From: Dehalococcoidia bacterium
GTDB lineage: Bacteria; Chloroflexota; Dehalococcoidia; Lucifugimonadales; UBA3495
NCBI GenBank assembly: GCA_030740155.1
Contig: JASLXV010000042.1
Location: forward strand, 1 to 10,572
Length of the DNA: 10,572 bases
Direction: 5' to 3'
Shown: positions 7,489 through 10,572 of the stretch, piece by piece
Numbering within the stretch: the stretch's first letter is position 1
Layout of the letters: each line of letters starts with the position of its first letter
Notes under the pieces: model-generated
Seen by the model: the letters and a program-made list of their open reading frames with translations, nothing else
What the model was told of the DNA's origin: nothing
Databases searched by the model: none
Position numbers and translations under genes: made by a program

Positions 7489-8586
7489 GTGACAAACAAG
7501 ATTCGCTTGGGGTTTGTGGGAGCTAACATTAGGTCGACCTGGTCATCCCAGTCGCACTTCCCGGCGCTACTGGCCAGTCCGGATGTCGAGCTTACCGCGG
7601 TTTGCACCTCCAGGCCTGAGAGCGCGGAAGAGGCGCGCCAAGCGTTTGGAGCGAAGCTCGCCTTCCACGACTTCCGGGCGATGGCGTCGTCGCCAGAGAT
7701 CGACGCGGTGGCCGTGGTCGTGCGGGTGCCATCGCATTATGAGCCAACGAAGGCCGCCATCGAAGCCGGCAAGCATGTCTACACTGAGTGGCCACTGGGC
7801 CGGACTACCGCCGAAGCCGAAGAGCTGGCAGCGCTTGCTCGGGCCAAAGGGGTGCAGACGGCGGTCGGCCTGCAATCGCGGGTCAGCCCCGCATTGCTAT
7901 ACATCAAGGAGCAAATCGACGCTGGCTTTGTGGGCGAGGTGCTGTCCTGTCATGTCACCACGATGCGTGACGGCGCGTTGGAACGCCCTTCCAGCCGCAC
8001 TTGGCAGCGCGATGCCAGCCTCGGCGCTAACACCCTGACCATCGCCAACGGGCACGTGATTGACGCCTTGCGCTTCGTGGTGGGTAACTTCACACGGGTG
8101 GCGTGCATGGTCACGACCCAGGTACAGCAATTGTACGAGACCGATACTCAGCAATTTGTGGAGGTCACCTCCCCGGACAACGTGCGAGTATGCGGACAGC
8201 TAGAGAGCGGAGCGTCTGCGTCGGTCCATGTCGCGGCTGTCCCCTGGGCCGGCGGCGGCTTTCGAATGGAGATATACGGTCGGGAAGGCACGCTGGTCAC
8301 CACCGGGAGCGTCTCGTCTCAGCGCGGTGAGATGTTAGGCGTGCAAGGAGCACGGGGAAGCCACGAGTTGAGGGATCTGACCATACCCGAGCGTTTCGTA
8401 TATGTCCCGGCCGACTTCCCCCGCGGCGATCCGTTCAATGTCGGTCAGATGTATGCCCTGTTTGCCGAGGCGATCCGAACCGGGCAGAGCCGCCTGCCGA
8501 CGTTCGATGTCGCGGTTGACCTGCATCGATTTGTTGACACGATCAAGCAGGCGTCGGATACGGGCCGGGAGCTGCGTGTCGCCTGA
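7489..8586 (+). CDS. Gfo/Idh/MocA family NAD(P)-dependent oxidoreductase
   Basis: GTG start after RBS. Rossmann N-terminus KIRLGFVGA, EIDAVAVVV..PSH, AIEAGKHVYTEWPLG (EWP variant of EKP), GHVIDAL, MEIYGREG, and C-terminal PTFDVAVDLHRFVD. Confidence 0.93.
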   Translation: MTNKIRLGFVGANIRSTWSSQSHFPALLASPDVELTAVCTSRPESAEEARQAFGAKLAFHDFRAMASSPEIDAVAVVVRVPSHYEPTKAAIEAGKHVYTEWPLGRTTAEAEELAALARAKGVQTAVGLQSRVSPALLYIKEQIDAGFVGEVLSCHVTTMRDGALERPSSRTWQRDASLGANTLTIANGHVIDALRFVVGNFTRVACMVTTQVQQLYETDTQQFVEVTSPDNVRVCGQLESGASASVHVAAVPWAGGGFRMEIYGREGTLVTTGSVSSQRGEMLGVQGARGSHELRDLTIPERFVYVPADFPRGDPFNVGQMYALFAEAIRTGQSRLPTFDVAVDLHRFVDTIKQASDTGRELRVA

Positions 8587-8755
8587 GGAGACTTTTGTGT
8601 AAGAACGGGATACGTGTCATCTATGCGGACCGGACCATGGTGCAGGGAAATCTCATTGGTATTGCGGCCGATGGCGTGACAGAACTTGGCAACAAGTCAA
8701 TCCCTCTAATACTCCTGCCGATCCTCGTGGTTACGGCAGACTAAGGTTCAACTGT

Positions 8756-8905
8756 AGGCTGCTGGTCGACCGCATCACGGTGGAAGACCAGACCGTTATG
8801 ATCGAGACGATTATTCCCCACGGAAATGAACGTGGTCAATTGCGCACACGTCGTGGTGAGCTTGTCGAACCACCGGCCCTGCGCCCTTCGACAAGCTCAG
8901 GATGA
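8756..8905 (+). pseudogene. 3' remnant of a second large serine recombinase-like gene
   Basis: My translation RLLVDRITVEDQTVMIETIIPHGNERGQLRTRRGELVEPPALRPSTSSG* resembles the LSR C-terminal pattern 'R-L-L-V-x-R-I-x-V...V-x-I'. There is no plausible start or upstream domains. It reads into the palindrome. Confidence 0.6.
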
Positions 8906-8908
8906 ACG
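8849..8908. repeat. REP-like palindromic element (inverted doublet)
   Basis: Perfect 13-bp IR TGAGCTTGTCGAA (8857-8869)/TTCGACAAGCTCA (8887-8899) with a 17-nt spacer. Outer arms are CGTCGTGG and (rc) CGTTCATCC. Each arm is itself closed by complementary bases (GGT..ACC; CCT..AGG). Confidence 0.85.
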
Positions 8909-10447
8909 CTTGCCACCTACATCATTCTGGCGCCAGAGGCTGTAGGCGAAGAGGGGTGCGTACTGTGGCCGGGGCTTCACCGCCACCAGCCTACCCTCTC
9001 TCAAGCGGACCTCCAGGAAGACCTCCCTGGCCAGCTCCCGGCGCTGTTGTGATGTCACTCCGGCATGGTGCCATAAGGCAGGCAGGTCCTGCAAGAGTTG
9101 TGCAGCCCGGTCCAGGTTCGGCGTTAAGACTTGCGACGGCGGGGGCTCGAGGGCCCGGATCTGGCGCTTGAGCGCCTGGTACTCATCCTTGAACTCCTCG
9201 TCACCGATCACTCCCCAGAGGTGCTGTTTCCTGAGATTGGCCAACGCCGCCTCGGTCCGCTTGATGTCCACGCTGTTGTCAGGCTTCGGCCCTTCGCCGG
9301 CCAGGGCCAGCAGCACCGCCTGCCGCCAGCCATTGTCCAGGTTGAGACACTCCAGGACTCCTTCGGCCAGCTCCGTCTCCACCTTTTGGGCAGGTACTGA
9401 CTGGGGGCGCATCGGGCAGCGGCGCCAACTGTGCCTCATGCGCAAAGATCGGAGGCCATGGGAGCGGTGAGTAATTCCGTGGAAGGGCTCGCCACAACCG
9501 TCGCAAGTCAGAACTCCAGTCAGTGGATAGACTTGCTGCTCTTTACCCGGTGGGCTGACCCGGCCTGCCCCCGCACGTTCTTGCCTGACCTCCTGGCACC
9601 TCCTCCAAAGCGCCCGCACGTCCTCAGGCACCTTGTGGGCTCCATCGCGCACCTCCTCATCGGAACGGCCCAGGTGGTAGACGGCTTTGCCTTCGTAGAA
9701 GCGGTTGTTGAGGGCCGTGCTGATGGAACTCTCGGTGAATGACCTGTTGGCCGCCGTGCGGTATCCCTTGGCATTCAGGTCTTGGGCCAGGGTCCGGAAT
9801 GAGTGGTCCCCTGAAGCGTAGCCCCGCAGAAGCTGCAGGAGGGCAGGCATGGTCCCCTTGTCGGGCACCAACCTGGCACCCCTGCCGCTGGGAGGCTTTT
9901 CCTGACGGTAGCCCAGGGGGGCGTGGCCTATCACATGGCCCTGGGCGGCCTTGGCCGCGAAACCCGAGCGTACGTAGCGGGAGAGGTTCCTGCTGTAAGC
10001 TTCGTCCAGGGTCTCGTTGATCCGCTCCGCCAGGAAGTCCCGCTCGCTCCCGCTGATGATTCCCTGGGATACGAAGACCACTACCTTGTTCAGGTCCTGA
10101 AGCTGACGCTTGTAATGGATACACTCTTCCTGGTTGCGGCCGAAGCGGCTGGTATGGTCAACCAGGAGAACGTCGTATCTGTCCATCGCGGCATCGCCCA
10201 GGGCCCCCCGGAACTCGAGACGGTTCTTGACGCTTCGGCCACTCACGAATTCGGTGTACCAGCGATCGCCGAGAATTAGGCCGTACGACTCGGCGAAACG
10301 TATCTCGTTTTGCCTTTGGATATCCGGGCCATAGCCATCCTGTTGGTCCAGCTTGGAGTCTCTGACGTACCCTTCAGCCCGAAGGCCCCTCAGGTCCTCG
10401 AAGGTCATTTGAGCGGGGGCGCTCCTGTTCAAGAAGCTCGCAGCCAT
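8897..10447 (-). CDS. Large serine recombinase / integrase (resolvase + recombinase + Zn-ribbon/coiled-coil)
   Basis: 516 aa. Catalytic N-terminus GYVRDS..Q..GYGPDIQ, E.VSG...R..F, VDHTSRFGRN, helix E (EAYSRNLSRYVRSG..AKA.QG..G.APLGY), recombinase domain (SFRTLAQDLNAKGYRT...LNNRFYEG), Zn ribbon YPLTGVLTCDGCG, and a coiled coil. TGA stop at 8899-8897. Confidence 0.93.
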   Translation of the reverse strand: MAASFLNRSAPAQMTFEDLRGLRAEGYVRDSKLDQQDGYGPDIQRQNEIRFAESYGLILGDRWYTEFVSGRSVKNRLEFRGALGDAAMDRYDVLLVDHTSRFGRNQEECIHYKRQLQDLNKVVVFVSQGIISGSERDFLAERINETLDEAYSRNLSRYVRSGFAAKAAQGHVIGHAPLGYRQEKPPSGRGARLVPDKGTMPALLQLLRGYASGDHSFRTLAQDLNAKGYRTAANRSFTESSISTALNNRFYEGKAVYHLGRSDEEVRDGAHKVPEDVRALWRRCQEVRQERAGAGRVSPPGKEQQVYPLTGVLTCDGCGEPFHGITHRSHGLRSLRMRHSWRRCPMRPQSVPAQKVETELAEGVLECLNLDNGWRQAVLLALAGEGPKPDNSVDIKRTEAALANLRKQHLWGVIGDEEFKDEYQALKRQIRALEPPPSQVLTPNLDRAAQLLQDLPALWHHAGVTSQQRRELAREVFLEVRLREGRLVAVKPRPQYAPLFAYSLWRQNDVGGKRSS

Positions 10448-10498
10448 GGTCCTTTTCTCCTACGGGCGCTGTTGGAGCGTGGCGGTTCGGACAAAGAT

Positions 10499-10526
10499 AG
10501 TTTATCGGAGGGGATGGGCGAGTCAA
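10499..10526 (-). promoter_or_regulatory. Candidate sigma70 promoter of the recombinase
   Basis: Minus strand TTGACT (10526-10521), a 16-nt spacer, then TAAACT (10504-10499). A purine-rich RBS GGAGAAAAGGA precedes ATG 10447. Confidence 0.55.
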
Positions 10527-10572
10527 CCCCTGGAGGGCTTGTATCACGTTCGGTCGAAGAGGAGTAATGCCG

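Noticed and set aside
8857..8899. Palindrome as a simple intrinsic terminator or CRISPR repeat
   Set aside because: It has no U-tracts, has a long loop and overlaps the stop codon. It is only one inverted doublet, with no spaced direct-repeat array or cas genes.
10310..10567. 85-aa + ORF as RDF/excisionase
   Set aside because: It overlaps the LSR 5' end and promoter in antisense and shows no HTH or RDF-like features.
1..10572. tRNA, rRNA or known riboswitch
   Set aside because: I recognised no cloverleaf or known aptamer consensus by eye; an Infernal/Rfam scan would be needed to exclude them.

Overview
This is a GC-rich bacterial window. Gene style (lipoprotein SBP with a long Pro/Thr linker, MaoC and Gfo/Idh/MocA genes, a TGAGCTTGTCGAA palindromic repeat) suggests Chloroflexota/Dehalococcoidia, which is an inference. 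Positions 139-6034 hold an intact peptide/nickel-family (Opp/Dpp-type) ABC importer operon: SBP, two permeases and a fused double ATPase. Positions 6035-8755 are a decayed accessory patchwork of IS1182-like and IS701-like transposase scraps and a flavoprotein C-terminal remnant, around two intact genes (MaoC-like hotdog protein, Gfo/Idh/MocA oxidoreductase). Positions 8897-10447 (-) encode an intact large serine recombinase (LSR). The most notable feature is at 8756-8929: two LSR 3' ends, one intact gene on - and one apparent remnant on +, each run into opposite arms of one REP-like palindrome. The intact gene takes its stop codon from the repeat. This suggests LSR elements that use a dispersed palindromic repeat as their integration target.
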